A stretch of DNA of 64,000 nt from Agathobacter sp. Lineage in GTDB: Bacteria > Bacillota > Clostridia > Lachnospirales > Lachnospiraceae. Position 1 is the stretch's first letter; each line of letters starts with the position of its first letter. A program made the position numbers and the translations under genes. The stretch covers positions 25,820 to 89,819 of the forward strand of contig JBGVHH010000098.1 in the NCBI GenBank assembly GCA_045122195.1, read 5' to 3'. Below the pieces are notes generated by a model that was not told the DNA's origin, ran no database searches, and saw only the letters and a list, made by a program, of their open reading frames with translations. Of this stretch, positions 29,257-41,030 are shown piece after piece.

Positions 29257-30816
29257 CTATTTTGCTTTAGCTTCTTTTACTTCAGCCTCTTTTGCTTCTA
29301 CTTCTTCAATATCCTCGACTTCTTCTGTCTTAGGATTAACAGCAAGTCTTGCATACATTTCCATACATTTATGTAATTTCTTTGCAAGCTTCATATCAAT
29401 CTGCTCTGGAGTTGCTCTCCATACCCAGTTTCCGCCTGTTGTTGATGGAATATTCATACGAGCTTTTGAATCAAGACCAAGTAAATCCTGCATAGGTACG
29501 ATTGCCATATCTGCAACAGAAGACCATGCAGCTCTCATCATTCCCCAGTTATAACCTTCCTCTTTTGTGAGATTCAAGTATTCTTTAGCCATTTTCACTG
29601 AAGATTTTGGTGCAGTCTTCATCCATCCCATTACTGTGTCGTTGTCATGAGTTCCTGTATAAACAACGCAATCTGTTGGGTAGTTGTGTGGCAAATAATC
29701 ACTATCTTCTCTTGTATCAAAAGCAAACTGAATAACTTTCATTCCAGGGAATCCAGAATCTTTTAATAATTTTTTAACAGAAGGTGTAAGATATCCTAAA
29801 TCCTCTACAATAATTGGTAATTTTCCAAGCTTTGACTCAAGAACAGAGAATAAATCCATTCCTGGACCTTCTTTCCATTTACCATTTTTAGCGGTGTCAT
29901 CTTTGGCAGGAATTGCATAAAATGAATCAAACCCTCTGAAGTGGTCAATTCTGACAATATCGTATAATTTTGCCATAGCTCCAATACGTTTTGTCCACCA
30001 TGTATATCCGTCCTTTTTCATAACATCCCATCTGAATAATGGATTTCCCCAAAGCTGTCCATCTGCAGAGAAAGCATCTGGTGGACATCCTGCTACTTCA
30101 ATTGGATTAAGTTCTTTATCAAGATAGAACTGTGTTGGATTTGCCCATACATCAGCTGAATCCATAGCTACATAAATAGGAACATCCCCTATAATATCCA
30201 CATTTTTGCTATTTGCATATTCTTTAAGACTCCACCACTGCTTGAAGAATAAATACTGCAACACTTTGTAAAAATTGATATCTTCTTCATGAGAATCCTT
30301 AAACTCTTTTAATGCCTTAGCATCTCTTGTCTTCAATTTTTCCGGCCACTCAGACCATGCTACACCATTGTTTTCATTTTTAATTGCCATAAATGTAGCA
30401 TATTCATCTAACCAATCACCCTCGTCCTTGCAGAACTTTTCATAATCTGCAGGAGTTTTCTTCATAAAACGGTCATAAGCTTTCTTTAACAAAGCATATC
30501 TGTTCTGATACATGATTCCATAATCAACAGTATTTGCTTTCTTTCCCCAATCATATGAGAGACACTCTTCTTTTTTCAAAAGCTTTTCTGAACAAAGAAT
30601 ATCCAAATCAATAAAATAAGGATTTCCTGCAAAGCTAGAGAATGACTGATATGGAGAGTCTCCAAAACTGGTTGGACAAATTGGAAGTATCTGCCAGTAC
30701 TTCTGTCCCCCCTTTTCCAAAAAGTCAACAAAACGTCTTGCATCCTTTCCCATAGTACCAATTCCGTATGGTGATGGCAATGATGATATTGGCATTAAAA
30801 CACCGCTAGTTCTCAT
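29257..30816 (-). CDS. malQ: 4-alpha-glucanotransferase (GH77)
   Basis: WQILP, SPYQSFS.FAGN, GDVPIYV, PPDAFS..GQLWGNP, RIDHFRG, EDLG, TGTHDN. Confidence 0.96.
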   Translation of the reverse strand: MRTSGVLMPISSLPSPYGIGTMGKDARRFVDFLEKGGQKYWQILPICPTSFGDSPYQSFSSFAGNPYFIDLDILCSEKLLKKEECLSYDWGKKANTVDYGIMYQNRYALLKKAYDRFMKKTPADYEKFCKDEGDWLDEYATFMAIKNENNGVAWSEWPEKLKTRDAKALKEFKDSHEEDINFYKVLQYLFFKQWWSLKEYANSKNVDIIGDVPIYVAMDSADVWANPTQFYLDKELNPIEVAGCPPDAFSADGQLWGNPLFRWDVMKKDGYTWWTKRIGAMAKLYDIVRIDHFRGFDSFYAIPAKDDTAKNGKWKEGPGMDLFSVLESKLGKLPIIVEDLGYLTPSVKKLLKDSGFPGMKVIQFAFDTREDSDYLPHNYPTDCVVYTGTHDNDTVMGWMKTAPKSSVKMAKEYLNLTKEEGYNWGMMRAAWSSVADMAIVPMQDLLGLDSKARMNIPSTTGGNWVWRATPEQIDMKLAKKLHKCMEMYARLAVNPKTEEVEDIEEVEAKEAEVKEAKAK

Positions 30817-30934
30817 TATATTTCCTCCCTGTAGGTTAATCTATTTATATTATAACATCCATTATTTAAGCCAACAACTTGTAAATTTATTTTCTTAATG
30901 ATACTATCAAATCAATAAAAGTTGAGGTGTAATT

Positions 30935-32194
30935 ATGAACGATGTTATCAAACACAAGCTACGACACAATGTTCAAAGAACTGTCGTATCATTTAAATGG
31001 GTTATCTTTTCAATACTTGTAGGTATTATTGTTGGTTCGTGTGGTACTGCTTTTTATTTTTGTCTAAAACTCGCCACCGACTACCGAATGAAATATCCAT
31101 GGCTATTATTTTTCTTGCCACTTGGCGGACTATTAATTGTAGGAGCATACCATCTATTAAAAAATGATGATGATACCGGTACCAACCTGGTAATCTCAGC
31201 AATTCATTCTGGCGATAAACTTCCACTTAGAATGGCTCCACTTATATTTTTTTCAACCATTGTAACTCACTTGTTAGGTGGTTCCGCTGGTCGTGAAGGT
31301 GCAGCTCTTCAAATGGGTGGAAGCATAGGTAATTCTATTGGCCGTCTTTTTCATTTTGATGAAAAGGACAAGCATGTAATGATTATGTGTGGAATGAGTG
31401 CTGCTTTTTCTGCTCTATTTGGTACTCCAATGGCTGCCGCCATATTCTCAATGGAGATGATAAGCGTTGGCGTGATGTACTATACAGCTTTAGTGCCATG
31501 TGTAATAAGTTCGCTAATCGCTCACGGTATAGCAGATTCATTTAATGTAACTAATGAGTTTTTCCCAATTGTTGATATACCAAAATTTGGAATATTACCT
31601 GCGATTAAAATATCAGGACTTGCTGTACTATGTGCACTTGTAAGTATTGTTTTTTGTATAGCTCTCCACTCTTTTGAATCTCTTTACAAAAAGTATTTTC
31701 ACAACAAATATCTAAGAGTCTTTACAGGCGGTTGCATTATAATTATTCTTACCACCCTGGTTGGAAACCAGACTTACAACGGCACTGGTATGAATATTAT
31801 CGAAGAAAGTATAAAAGGTAATGTCATACCACAAGCATTTATTATTAAATTGCTGTTTACTGCTGTTACAATCGGTGCCGGTTTTAAAGGTGGTGAAATT
31901 GTTCCATCTTTTTGTATTGGAGCCGCATTTGGATGCCTCTTTGGAAGCCTGATAAACTTTTCTCCAACACTTTGCGCAGCAGTCGGTATGACCTCCGTGT
32001 TCTGTGGTGTAACCAACAGCCCAATATCATCATTGCTAATCAGCTTTGAACTGTTTGGCTACGATGGAATGCCATACTTTCTTCTGGCTATTTCATTTAG
32101 CTATATGCTTTCCGGATATTTCGGATTATATAGAAGCCAAAAAATTGTATATTCAAAATACAAAACAAACTACATTAACAAATCAACACATTAA
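30935..32194 (+). CDS. ClC family anion channel/antiporter (CLC-F-like signatures)
   Basis: GTNLVI, GSAGREGAA, FSALFGTP and GFKGGEIVP motifs. Highly hydrophobic. Confidence 0.9.
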   Translation: MNDVIKHKLRHNVQRTVVSFKWVIFSILVGIIVGSCGTAFYFCLKLATDYRMKYPWLLFFLPLGGLLIVGAYHLLKNDDDTGTNLVISAIHSGDKLPLRMAPLIFFSTIVTHLLGGSAGREGAALQMGGSIGNSIGRLFHFDEKDKHVMIMCGMSAAFSALFGTPMAAAIFSMEMISVGVMYYTALVPCVISSLIAHGIADSFNVTNEFFPIVDIPKFGILPAIKISGLAVLCALVSIVFCIALHSFESLYKKYFHNKYLRVFTGGCIIIILTTLVGNQTYNGTGMNIIEESIKGNVIPQAFIIKLLFTAVTIGAGFKGGEIVPSFCIGAAFGCLFGSLINFSPTLCAAVGMTSVFCGVTNSPISSLLISFELFGYDGMPYFLLAISFSYMLSGYFGLYRSQKIVYSKYKTNYINKSTH

Positions 32195-34014
32195 TTATGA
32201 GCAATTGCAACCAGGCATGATACGGCAGGTATTTTTGCCTGGTTATTTATTGCGTAAAGACTCTTGTTGCCAGCCTTTTTATCATCAACAAAAACATTCC
32301 AGCTTCTACCATCTGGTAGTTTTGTTTCATACTCTTTATCCGAAGCATTGTATACTACAAAAATATCCTCATTTTTTGTACGGATAATATAGCTTACTAC
32401 CCTTTTCTGTTCAATTTCATAAAAATTAACTGCATCTTTAATTTCTTTTGATGTTGTTAATTTAAAACCTCTATGAGCAGTTCTAAGTTCCATAAGTCCC
32501 TTGTAATATTCTCTTAATTCATGAAATTCTTTGGATCTGTCATACTTGATACTATTAGTATACAAAGGCAAATTAAAGCTATTCTCAGAAACCTCATTTG
32601 TTCCCTCAATTGGCTTTGTTCTTGCAAACTCCTCTCCCATCAGAAAAAACGGAATTCCCTGAGCTGTAAAAAGAATCGATGCAGCAAGCTTGTTCATACG
32701 CAACCTTTCTTTTTCTGAAGCATCAGGACTAGAAACATATAGTCTGTCCCATAAAGTATTGTTATCATGGCACGAAAGATAATTAATTGACTGATATGGC
32801 TCTTTAGCCCATTCGCTTCCAACAACAACCTCACGAATTTTCTCTTCCATATTTTCAGCTCCGTTTGCAAAGCCCAGACGTTCAAGTTCGAAAACATGAC
32901 CCTTAACAGCATCCCTTATATCATCTGAAAACATTCCAAATTCCATCATTTGAGGAGCATTTACTTTCATTGCTCTTTTTTCAAATGGAAGCACACTGTC
33001 TGCACCAGTCCAGCCTTCCCCATACAAAATTATATTAGGATTTACTTTCTTTAATGCTTCTGCGGCTAAATTCATTGTCTCAATATCCAAAACACCCATC
33101 AAATCGAATCTGAACCCATCAATATGATATTCCTTTTCCCAATATAAAAGAGAATCAATTATATACTTTCTAACATATGGTCTTTCTGATGCAATCTCAT
33201 TTCCACATGCAGATGCATCAGAATATCTATCTCCATCTTTTCTATAGAAATAATCTCCTGAAGTTTTATAAAAACAACTTCCAAACACATCATATGTATG
33301 ATTATAAACCACATCCATAATGACTCCATAACCAGCACTATGAATAGCCTGAATCATCTCTTTGAACTCTTTTACCCTAACCTCTCCATTAAATGGATCC
33401 GTTGAAAAAGATCCTTCAGGAACATTATAGTTATATGGATCATACCCCCAGTTGTACTGTTCCTTTTCCGGTTCACTCTCATCAATGCTTCCAAAATCAT
33501 ATGAAGGCATAATCTGTAAATGTGTTACTTTTAAATCCTTGAAATAATCAAGAATATTGTCTTCTTTAAAAGCTTTATACTTTCCAGGATATTTTGAATT
33601 TGCACTTTTATCTGATGATATATCCAAAACCGAAATCTCTGAAACTATCATATCTGTTTTATTTTCTAAAACAGGACGTTTTTCATCCAAAAAGCCATCC
33701 GGATTTGTTTTTGATAAATCAATTACCATAGAACGGCTTCCATTTACGCCAGCTGCTCTTGCGTATGGATCATGAGACTCATGTGACTTCTTATCTGCAC
33801 AAATCTCATATGTATAGTAAACGCCGTCTAAATCACCATTAACCTTACAAAAAAACACATCTGACTCATTAGAATCTGTTTTTTCCATTTCAATTTTTTT
33901 AAAACAGGTTCCACCATTTCCTTTTTCATAAAGGCATACATTTACAGTATCTGCAATTGGTGAAAACACTGCAAATTCAGTATATTCTCTAGTATAATTT
34001 GCTCCTAATTCCAT
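32191..34014 (-). CDS. pulA: Type I pullulanase (GH13)
   Basis: YNWGYDP, DVVYNH, DGFRFDLMG, YGEGW and CHDN: catalytic triad intact. Confidence 0.92.
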   Translation of the reverse strand: MELGANYTREYTEFAVFSPIADTVNVCLYEKGNGGTCFKKIEMEKTDSNESDVFFCKVNGDLDGVYYTYEICADKKSHESHDPYARAAGVNGSRSMVIDLSKTNPDGFLDEKRPVLENKTDMIVSEISVLDISSDKSANSKYPGKYKAFKEDNILDYFKDLKVTHLQIMPSYDFGSIDESEPEKEQYNWGYDPYNYNVPEGSFSTDPFNGEVRVKEFKEMIQAIHSAGYGVIMDVVYNHTYDVFGSCFYKTSGDYFYRKDGDRYSDASACGNEIASERPYVRKYIIDSLLYWEKEYHIDGFRFDLMGVLDIETMNLAAEALKKVNPNIILYGEGWTGADSVLPFEKRAMKVNAPQMMEFGMFSDDIRDAVKGHVFELERLGFANGAENMEEKIREVVVGSEWAKEPYQSINYLSCHDNNTLWDRLYVSSPDASEKERLRMNKLAASILFTAQGIPFFLMGEEFARTKPIEGTNEVSENSFNLPLYTNSIKYDRSKEFHELREYYKGLMELRTAHRGFKLTTSKEIKDAVNFYEIEQKRVVSYIIRTKNEDIFVVYNASDKEYETKLPDGRSWNVFVDDKKAGNKSLYAINNQAKIPAVSCLVAIAHN

Positions 34015-34140
34015 ATCCTACCCCATTTTCGTTTATTTTCGTAAATATTATATAAACTTTTTTGTATGTTGTAAATATGTCAAATCACCAAATTATTGTA
34101 CAAATTTTAGTCATTTCCCAAAAAATTTCTTTATATACAT

Positions 34141-34184
34141 AAAAACTTCTATATATTCTCATAAAAAATGAAAATATATAGAAG
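34141..34184 (-). terminator. Terminator downstream of the trp operon
   Basis: CTTCTATATATT..CAT / ATG..AATATATAGAAG hairpin with a minus-strand T run. Confidence 0.65.
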
Positions 34185-34190
34185 CAAATT

Positions 34191-35213
34191 TTATTTATTA
34201 GATTCCTCAACAAACTTATTAAGTTTTTCCAATGCTTTTCCACTATCTATTAGTTCAGCAGCAAGTCTTACGCCTTCCTCAAGCGTTTTAGCTTTATCGC
34301 CAATATAAAGGGCAGCTCCAGCATTCATAAGAACTGTATTTCTCTTTGCCCCTTGCTCTTTTCCACTTAATATATCCCTTGTAATCTGAGCATTTTCCTC
34401 TGGGGTTCCGCCAACAAGATCTTCTTTTTTACATCTTTCAAATCCGAAATCTTCTGGAGTAATTTCATAAACCTTGTATGTTCCATTATTAAATTCACAT
34501 ACCTTTGTTGGTCCTACAGCAGTTATCTCGTCAAGCTTTTCTTTTCCAAATACAACCATTCCTCTTTTAACACCAAGATTGAAAAGTACTCTTGCAAGTG
34601 GCTCAACCAAACTCTCATCATACACTCCCAGAAGTTGTCTCTTTGGCTTAATAGGATTAGTAAGAGGTCCTAAAATATTAAATACTGTTCTAAAACCAAG
34701 CTCTTTTCTAATTGGTCCAACATATTTCATTGATGAATGGTATTTCTGAGCAAAAAAGAAACAAAAACCTGTTTTATCAAGTAAATCAACACATTTTTCA
34801 GGTTCGATATTAATATTCGCCCCCAAACTTTCCAAACAATCTGCAGTTCCAGATTTTGAAGAAGCTGCGCGATTTCCATGCTTTGAAACAAGCATTCCGC
34901 CTGCCGCAGCAACAAATGCTGAAGTTGTTGACACATTAAAGCTTTGCGCTCCATCTCCACCTGTACCTACAATTTCAAATGTATCTCTGTCGCCACCATC
35001 AACAGATAATGCATGTTCTCTCATCGCCGTTGCACAGCCGCCAATTTCATCGATTGTTTCCGATTTTGTACTCTTAGTTGACAACGCTGCAAGAAAAGCC
35101 GCATTCTGTGTTGGAGTTGTCTCTCCGCTCATAATTTCATTCATTACAGTATAAGCTTCATCATATGACAAATCTTCTTTACATACAATTTTAATTATAG
35201 CTTCTTTAATCAT
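34191..35213 (-). CDS. trpD: Anthranilate phosphoribosyltransferase
   Basis: [40 protein letters not shown]. Confidence 0.96.
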   Translation of the reverse strand: MIKEAIIKIVCKEDLSYDEAYTVMNEIMSGETTPTQNAAFLAALSTKSTKSETIDEIGGCATAMREHALSVDGGDRDTFEIVGTGGDGAQSFNVSTTSAFVAAAGGMLVSKHGNRAASSKSGTADCLESLGANINIEPEKCVDLLDKTGFCFFFAQKYHSSMKYVGPIRKELGFRTVFNILGPLTNPIKPKRQLLGVYDESLVEPLARVLFNLGVKRGMVVFGKEKLDEITAVGPTKVCEFNNGTYKVYEITPEDFGFERCKKEDLVGGTPEENAQITRDILSGKEQGAKRNTVLMNAGAALYIGDKAKTLEEGVRLAAELIDSGKALEKLNKFVEESNK

Positions 35214-35253
35214 TTTCTTACCTCTCCTTTTCTTCAAAAAAAATAATCCTATC

Positions 35254-36048
35254 TTATAATCGATTTAACTGTGTTTTAAATGTCCTACAATATTCCTCTG
35301 CAGCAGAAGCTTCGAAATTATTTTCTCTTAATAACTTTATAAAATGTGAACCAACAATCGCCCCATCAATTGTATCCTTCATAGGCGCAACATCAGATGC
35401 TTCACTAATTCCAAATCCCATCATTACAGGAATCTTTGAAACTGCTTTTACTTCTTTTAAATATGATTCTATTTCTTTATGGAAGCTTCCTGCCTGACCT
35501 GTTACTCCCATTGAAGATACACAGTAGACAAAACCTCTCGCATTTTCTAAAATCATTGGAATTCTCTGCTTTGATACAGGTGAAACCAACTGTAATAAAA
35601 TAGTACTATCACTCTTTGATAATGCATCAGCAATCTCATCCTGTTCTTCAAAAGGCAAATCAGGAATAATAAGACCATCTACTCCTACTTCATTACACTT
35701 CTTTACAAATTCTTCAACCCCATAATGTAATACCGTGTTGTAATACATCATAAATACAATTGGAAGTTCAACTCCCTCATCTCTAAGCTCTTTTAGTTTC
35801 ACAAAAATCTTTTTAAGTGAAGCACCATTTAATATAGCCTCATAGGAAGCCTGCTGTATAACAGGTCCATCAGCTATCGGATCTGAAAACGGAATTCCAA
35901 GCTCAAGTACGTCTACTCCACCCTTTTCACAAGCCTTTACTATTTCTTTTGTCTTGTCAAGATTAGGAAGACCTGCTGTAACATATGTAACAAAAGCTTT
36001 CTCGTTCTTTTCCTGTAGTAATTTTAATTTTTCTTCTATACGATTCAT
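35254..36048 (-). CDS. trpA: Tryptophan synthase alpha chain
   Basis: [38 protein letters not shown]. Confidence 0.97.
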   Translation of the reverse strand: MNRIEEKLKLLQEKNEKAFVTYVTAGLPNLDKTKEIVKACEKGGVDVLELGIPFSDPIADGPVIQQASYEAILNGASLKKIFVKLKELRDEGVELPIVFMMYYNTVLHYGVEEFVKKCNEVGVDGLIIPDLPFEEQDEIADALSKSDSTILLQLVSPVSKQRIPMILENARGFVYCVSSMGVTGQAGSFHKEIESYLKEVKAVSKIPVMMGFGISEASDVAPMKDTIDGAIVGSHFIKLLRENNFEASAAEEYCRTFKTQLNRL

Positions 36049-36061
36049 GCTAACTCTCCTC

Positions 36062-37249
36062 CTAATTTAAGTATCCTTTTCCTGCAAGATAATCTGAGAT
36101 TGTGTGAACATCCTTATCTCCTCTTCCAGAAAGACACACTACAATCGACTGATCTTTTGTCATCTCTTTTGCTTTTTTAAATACATATGCCATAGCATGT
36201 GCGCTTTCAATTGCAGGGATAATTCCCTCCAACTGTGTAAGTTCCATAAGTGCATCCATTGCTTCCACATCAGTAATAGAAACATATTTTGCTCTTCCAC
36301 TATCCTTTAGGTATGCATGTTCTGGTCCAACACCCGGATAATCAAGTCCAGCTGATATTGAATGAGCAAGCTGCACGTTTCCATCTTCATCCTGAAGAAG
36401 ATATGATTTCATTCCATGTAAAACACCAGGTGCACCAAGCGCCATTGCAGAAGCATGTTCTCCTGTATCAATACCCTTTCCTGCAGCTTCTACTCCAATA
36501 AGTTCAACACCTTCTTCATCAATAAAATCTGCAAACATACCGATAGAATTTGAACCTCCTCCTACACAGGCAATAACTGTATCAGGAAGTTTTCCCTCTA
36601 CCTCCATGTGCTGTCTCTTAGCTTCTCTTGAAATAACAGCCTGAAATTCTTTTACCATTTTTGGGTATGGATATGGACCAACTGCAGAACCAATTACATA
36701 AAATGTGTCCTCAGCAGTTTTTGCCCATGTTCTTATTGCCTCATTAGTTGCATCCTTTAATGTGTTACTTCCAGATTCAACAGATACCACTTTTGCACCA
36801 AGCATTTCCATTCTCATTACATTAAGAGCCTGTCTTTGAATATCCTCTTTCCCCATAAAAACAGTGCATTCCATATTGAAAAGAGCTGCTCCCGTTGCAG
36901 TAGCAACACCATGCTGTCCAGCTCCTGTCTCTGCAATAACCTTTGTCTTACCCATACGTTTTGCAAGAAGAATCTGACCAATTACATTGTTAATTTTATG
37001 GGCACCTGTATGGTTTAAATCCTCTCTCTTAAGATAAATTTTTGTACCATATTTTTCTGATAATCTCTCAGCGAAATATAAAGGAGTTTCACGTCCTACA
37101 TACTGCTTTAAATAATAATGATACTGTTTTATAAACTCAGGATCATTTATTGCCTCTTCAAATGCCTTATCTACTTCATCTAATGTGTTCATTAGCGACT
37201 CAGCAACATACTGTCCACCAAATTTACCATAATATGCTTTCTTATTCAT
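36062..37249 (-). CDS. trpB: Tryptophan synthase beta chain
   Basis: [54 protein letters not shown]. Confidence 0.98.
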   Translation of the reverse strand: MNKKAYYGKFGGQYVAESLMNTLDEVDKAFEEAINDPEFIKQYHYYLKQYVGRETPLYFAERLSEKYGTKIYLKREDLNHTGAHKINNVIGQILLAKRMGKTKVIAETGAGQHGVATATGAALFNMECTVFMGKEDIQRQALNVMRMEMLGAKVVSVESGSNTLKDATNEAIRTWAKTAEDTFYVIGSAVGPYPYPKMVKEFQAVISREAKRQHMEVEGKLPDTVIACVGGGSNSIGMFADFIDEEGVELIGVEAAGKGIDTGEHASAMALGAPGVLHGMKSYLLQDEDGNVQLAHSISAGLDYPGVGPEHAYLKDSGRAKYVSITDVEAMDALMELTQLEGIIPAIESAHAMAYVFKKAKEMTKDQSIVVCLSGRGDKDVHTISDYLAGKGYLN

Positions 37250-37862
37250 TGGTTCTAACCCTTTCTATAAAAGTTCTTATTTTTTCTTTATCTTTTCCAG
37301 ATTTACCTTCTGCATAATCTCCTTCCACACCTGAACTCACATCAACTGCATATGGAGAAAAAATATTTATTCCACTTTTAACATTTTCCATATTCAATCC
37401 ACCAGCAAGGACTAAAGGTTTATTTATACTATCCAGATTTACACTCCAATCAAAGGTCTTTCCACTTCCATATTTTTCACTGTCAACCACAATTGCATCT
37501 ATCCTGTCAATAAATGAAAGCTGCTCTAAATCATTAGAATCAGAAATATTGTACGCGTACCAGATAGGAAGCTTAATTTGTTCAATAACCGGCTCATCTA
37601 TCTTGCCATGAATCTGAATAATATCAAAACCAGCACTTTCAATCTCTCCTACTAAATTAATATCAGGAGAAACTGTTACAGCTACTCTTTTTATTGATTT
37701 ATCCAGACCTTTCATCAACTCTGATGCCTTTTCTACTGAAACATATCGCTTACTCTTTTGAAAAATCACAAAACCTGCAAAATCCGGTTTATATTCATTC
37801 AGATAGGACACATCATCTAGATTAGTAATTCCGCAAATCTTTATCTTTACATCATTTTCCAT
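37242..37862 (-). CDS. trpF: Phosphoribosylanthranilate isomerase
   Basis: [33 protein letters not shown]. Confidence 0.95.
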   Translation of the reverse strand: MENDVKIKICGITNLDDVSYLNEYKPDFAGFVIFQKSKRYVSVEKASELMKGLDKSIKRVAVTVSPDINLVGEIESAGFDIIQIHGKIDEPVIEQIKLPIWYAYNISDSNDLEQLSFIDRIDAIVVDSEKYGSGKTFDWSVNLDSINKPLVLAGGLNMENVKSGINIFSPYAVDVSSGVEGDYAEGKSGKDKEKIRTFIERVRTNE

Positions 37863-38623
37863 TTTTTCGCCAACTCTCTCGGTTTCTCAGCTTCCATAAA
37901 AGCTCTTCCAATCAAAAATCCATCGACTCCCACATCCTTTAAAAAGGCAACATCATCGTCGTTCATGATACCACTCTCAGAAACAAAAACCTTATCATCT
38001 GGAATGTACTTCCTAAGTCTCTTTGTCGTATCCAATGTGATTGAAAAGTCCTTTAAATTTCTATTATTTACACCAATAATACGAGGGTCAATTTTTAATG
38101 CTCTTTCAATCTCATATTCATCATGCGTCTCAACAAGAACATCTAAATCAAGTTCCCTTGAGAGCTGATAAAAATCTCTCATCTGTGTATCATCAAGAAT
38201 TGTAGTAATGAGAAGAACAGCATCGGCACCAATTGCTTTTGCCTCATAAAACTGGTACTCATCAATCATAAAATCCTTTCTAATAATTGGTAGAAGAGAT
38301 TTTTGTCTAATTTGCTTTAAATACTCATTGTTGCCATTAAAATGATCTTCTTCTGTAAGACATGATATACAGTCAACCGAATCATTATATTCATCAATTC
38401 TTGACAATAAATCAATTTTACTTTTAATATTTCCAAGTGAAGGAGAAGCCTTTTTAAACTCTCCGATAATTGAGATACCACCCTTACTAAGATTCTCATA
38501 AAATGTATGCTCTACGACCTTTTGAGCTTCATCTGCAAGAATCTTCATTCTGGCTAATGAAATATTTTGCTTATGAACCGGAAGTCTTTTTTTCTTATCC
38601 TCTACAATATCGTCTAAAATCAT
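37847..38623 (-). CDS. trpC: Indole-3-glycerol phosphate synthase
   Basis: EFKKASPS, SCLTE, RKDF, GADAVLLI, GVNNRNL, SESGI. Confidence 0.96.
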   Translation of the reverse strand: MILDDIVEDKKKRLPVHKQNISLARMKILADEAQKVVEHTFYENLSKGGISIIGEFKKASPSLGNIKSKIDLLSRIDEYNDSVDCISCLTEEDHFNGNNEYLKQIRQKSLLPIIRKDFMIDEYQFYEAKAIGADAVLLITTILDDTQMRDFYQLSRELDLDVLVETHDEYEIERALKIDPRIIGVNNRNLKDFSITLDTTKRLRKYIPDDKVFVSESGIMNDDDVAFLKDVGVDGFLIGRAFMEAEKPRELAKKWKMM

Positions 38624-38660
38624 AAATCCTCCAAAACTCTATCAACAATATTTTCTAATT

Positions 38661-39224
38661 TTAACAATTAATAAAGTTTTCAATTATTCTTTTTCCATGC
38701 TCTGTATAAATTGACTCCGGATGAAACTGTAATCCAATAACTGGATAATCTTTATGTTTCATCGCCATAATCTCACCATCCTCAGTTCTAGCCAATACTC
38801 TTAGGCAATCAGGTAAATCTTCTTCCATTACAGCTAAAGAATGATATCTGGCTACTTTAATAGGTGAATCTATGCCCTCAAATACACTTGTACCATCATG
38901 CTCAATTGTTGACTGTTTTCCATGAAATAATGCTTTTGCATATGAAACAGTTCCACCTAAAGCTTCACCGATACACTGATGTCCAAGACAAATTCCAAGA
39001 ATCGGTTTTTTACCAGTAAATTCTTTTACTACATCCAAACAAATTCCTGCTTCCTTGGGATTCTTTGGTCCTGGAGAAAGAATAATTCTGTCCGGATTAA
39101 GTTTTTTTATCTCATCTATTGTAATCTTGTCATTTCTCACAACTTTTATATCAGGATTAAATATTCCTATATACTGATAAAGGTTGTAAGTAAAGGAATC
39201 ATAATTATCTATAAGTAAAATCAT
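38661..39224 (-). CDS. trpG: Anthranilate synthase component II
   Basis: IDNYDSFTYNL, SPGP, GICLGHQ, RYHSL, QFHPES. Confidence 0.95.
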   Translation of the reverse strand: MILLIDNYDSFTYNLYQYIGIFNPDIKVVRNDKITIDEIKKLNPDRIILSPGPKNPKEAGICLDVVKEFTGKKPILGICLGHQCIGEALGGTVSYAKALFHGKQSTIEHDGTSVFEGIDSPIKVARYHSLAVMEEDLPDCLRVLARTEDGEIMAMKHKDYPVIGLQFHPESIYTEHGKRIIENFINC

Positions 39225-40630
39225 AAGTTCTCCTCCTCTACAAGAGTCTTAGCAAGTGCCATTACTTTGTTGCAACATTCCTGATATTCATTTTCTGGAA
39301 CAGAATCGGCAACAATTCCAGCACCGGCCTGAAGATAAACATTCTCACCCTTTTTAATCATTGTTCTGATTGTAATACAGAAATCCATATCACCAGAGAA
39401 ATCAATATATCCGGTTGCTCCACCGTATAAACCTCTTCTTACAGTTTCTAGTTCATCGATTATCTCCATTGCTCTGATTTTAGGAGCTCCACTAAGTGTT
39501 CCAGCTGGTAAAAAAGAAGAAACCAAGTCAAATGGATGAAACTCTCCTTTTTTACGACCCTCAACCATTGACACAATATGCATTACATGTGAGTAGTTGG
39601 TAACTTCCATAAATTGTGTTACCTTTATAGTTCCAAATTCACATATACGCCCCATATCATTTCTAGCCAAATCAACTAACATTACATGCTCTGCTCTCTC
39701 CTTTTCATCTCTTAAGAGTTCATCTTTTAGCAAAGCATCTTCCTCAGCATCAGCACCTCTTCTTCTGGTACCTGCTATAGGACAGGTATATACTTTATTT
39801 CCCTGCTGTTTTACAAGCATCTCAGGAGAACTTCCTATAACCTCAAATTCACCAAAATTGAAATAGTATAAGTAAGGTGAAGGATTTAATTCTCTTAATT
39901 CTTTATATAGGTCAAAACCAGTCTGTTTTGTATTAATTGTCCATCTCTGCGACAAAACAGTTTGAAAAATATGACCTTCTTTTATGTATTGTTTAATTTT
40001 ATTTACTTTATTAGTATATTCTGAAAGTAAATCTGACTGTTTTACAATGACACCATCATGAACAAACTTTTTGTTATCATCACCCTTCTTTGGTTCTCTT
40101 GCCTTTGATATTAGTTCATCTGCTAATGCAAGTGCATTTGCTTTACCAGCTTCACTTTCTTCATCCAAAACAATTGCAGTAAGCGTTTCAGCCACATGGT
40201 CAACCATAATAAATTTAGTCATAAGCATCATCTGAATTGTTTCTACTCCGATTTCATCAGGATTATCATCAGGAAGAACCTCTGAGTATCTGATAAAATC
40301 ATATCCAAGATTTCCAACTAATCCACCTGAAAATGTCAATTCCTCATTGTCTTTTACAATATCAAACTCACTGTAGTATTCCTTTAATCTATCAAGGGGA
40401 TTTCCTTGCCGTACTTCCTCAGTTCCATCGCTTTTTGTAATTACAAGCGAATTTCCTCTTGAAGAAATAATCTCATCCGGTTCTGCCCCAAAAAAAGTAT
40501 AACGATCATAATTCTTATCATAGCTTTCCAGCAAAAAACCTTTCTTTGTTCCAACAACGTTTTCATACATTGAAGTCGCAGTTTCATTAACAATACTAAC
40601 TGTTTTTTTGTAAACCTTTAATCTTCTCAT
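39221..40630 (-). CDS. trpE: Anthranilate synthase component I
   Basis: [58 protein letters not shown]. Confidence 0.96.
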   Translation of the reverse strand: MRRLKVYKKTVSIVNETATSMYENVVGTKKGFLLESYDKNYDRYTFFGAEPDEIISSRGNSLVITKSDGTEEVRQGNPLDRLKEYYSEFDIVKDNEELTFSGGLVGNLGYDFIRYSEVLPDDNPDEIGVETIQMMLMTKFIMVDHVAETLTAIVLDEESEAGKANALALADELISKAREPKKGDDNKKFVHDGVIVKQSDLLSEYTNKVNKIKQYIKEGHIFQTVLSQRWTINTKQTGFDLYKELRELNPSPYLYYFNFGEFEVIGSSPEMLVKQQGNKVYTCPIAGTRRRGADAEEDALLKDELLRDEKERAEHVMLVDLARNDMGRICEFGTIKVTQFMEVTNYSHVMHIVSMVEGRKKGEFHPFDLVSSFLPAGTLSGAPKIRAMEIIDELETVRRGLYGGATGYIDFSGDMDFCITIRTMIKKGENVYLQAGAGIVADSVPENEYQECCNKVMALAKTLVEEENL

Positions 40631-40689
40631 ATTCTGTCCTCACTTTTTAAATTAATTAAGGAGCGTAAAATTAGATGTTGACTTTGACA

Positions 40690-40946
40690 TTAAAAAATCC
40701 CAGATAGATAAAAATCTATCTGGGACGAATATATCGTGGTACCACCCATTTTCGTTATAAAATATAACCTCATCGATACGGAAATAAAAATTTCGATATC
40801 TGTTCCCTGTAACGTGGGATTACGGCTCCGCTACTGTAATTCACTTCGCATCTAACGAATCCATTCCATACATACTATTCTGTCAACTCCCACCAACGCT
40901 GACTCTCTGTGAGAAATCATATGCTGTACTACTTTCGCTCATTGAT
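40690..40946 (-). promoter_or_regulatory. T-box riboswitch, Trp specifier
   Basis: Stem I with AGTA/GAA and AGAGA/GGTGGGA motifs. Specifier GAA-TGG-A (TGG at 40861-40863). T-box AAATGGGTGGTACCACG, antiterminator CGTCCC, terminator CCCAGATAGAT/ATCTATCTGGG plus U run. Confidence 0.93.
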
Positions 40947-40969
40947 TTTGAATTATTTATTTATGGTAA

Positions 40970-40998
40970 ATTCTATCGCTTTAGCACATCAGTGTCAA
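40970..40998 (-). promoter_or_regulatory. Sigma-A promoter of the trp leader
   Basis: Minus strand TTGACA-N17-TAGAAT. Confidence 0.75.
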
Positions 40999-41030
40999 CC
41001 CCCAATTTTTATTCCTTGCCCAAAATTATT

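Noticed and set aside
30817-30934. Fluoride riboswitch before the ClC gene
   Set aside because: The AT-rich intergenic region lacks the GGxGATGG...CTxATGA core.
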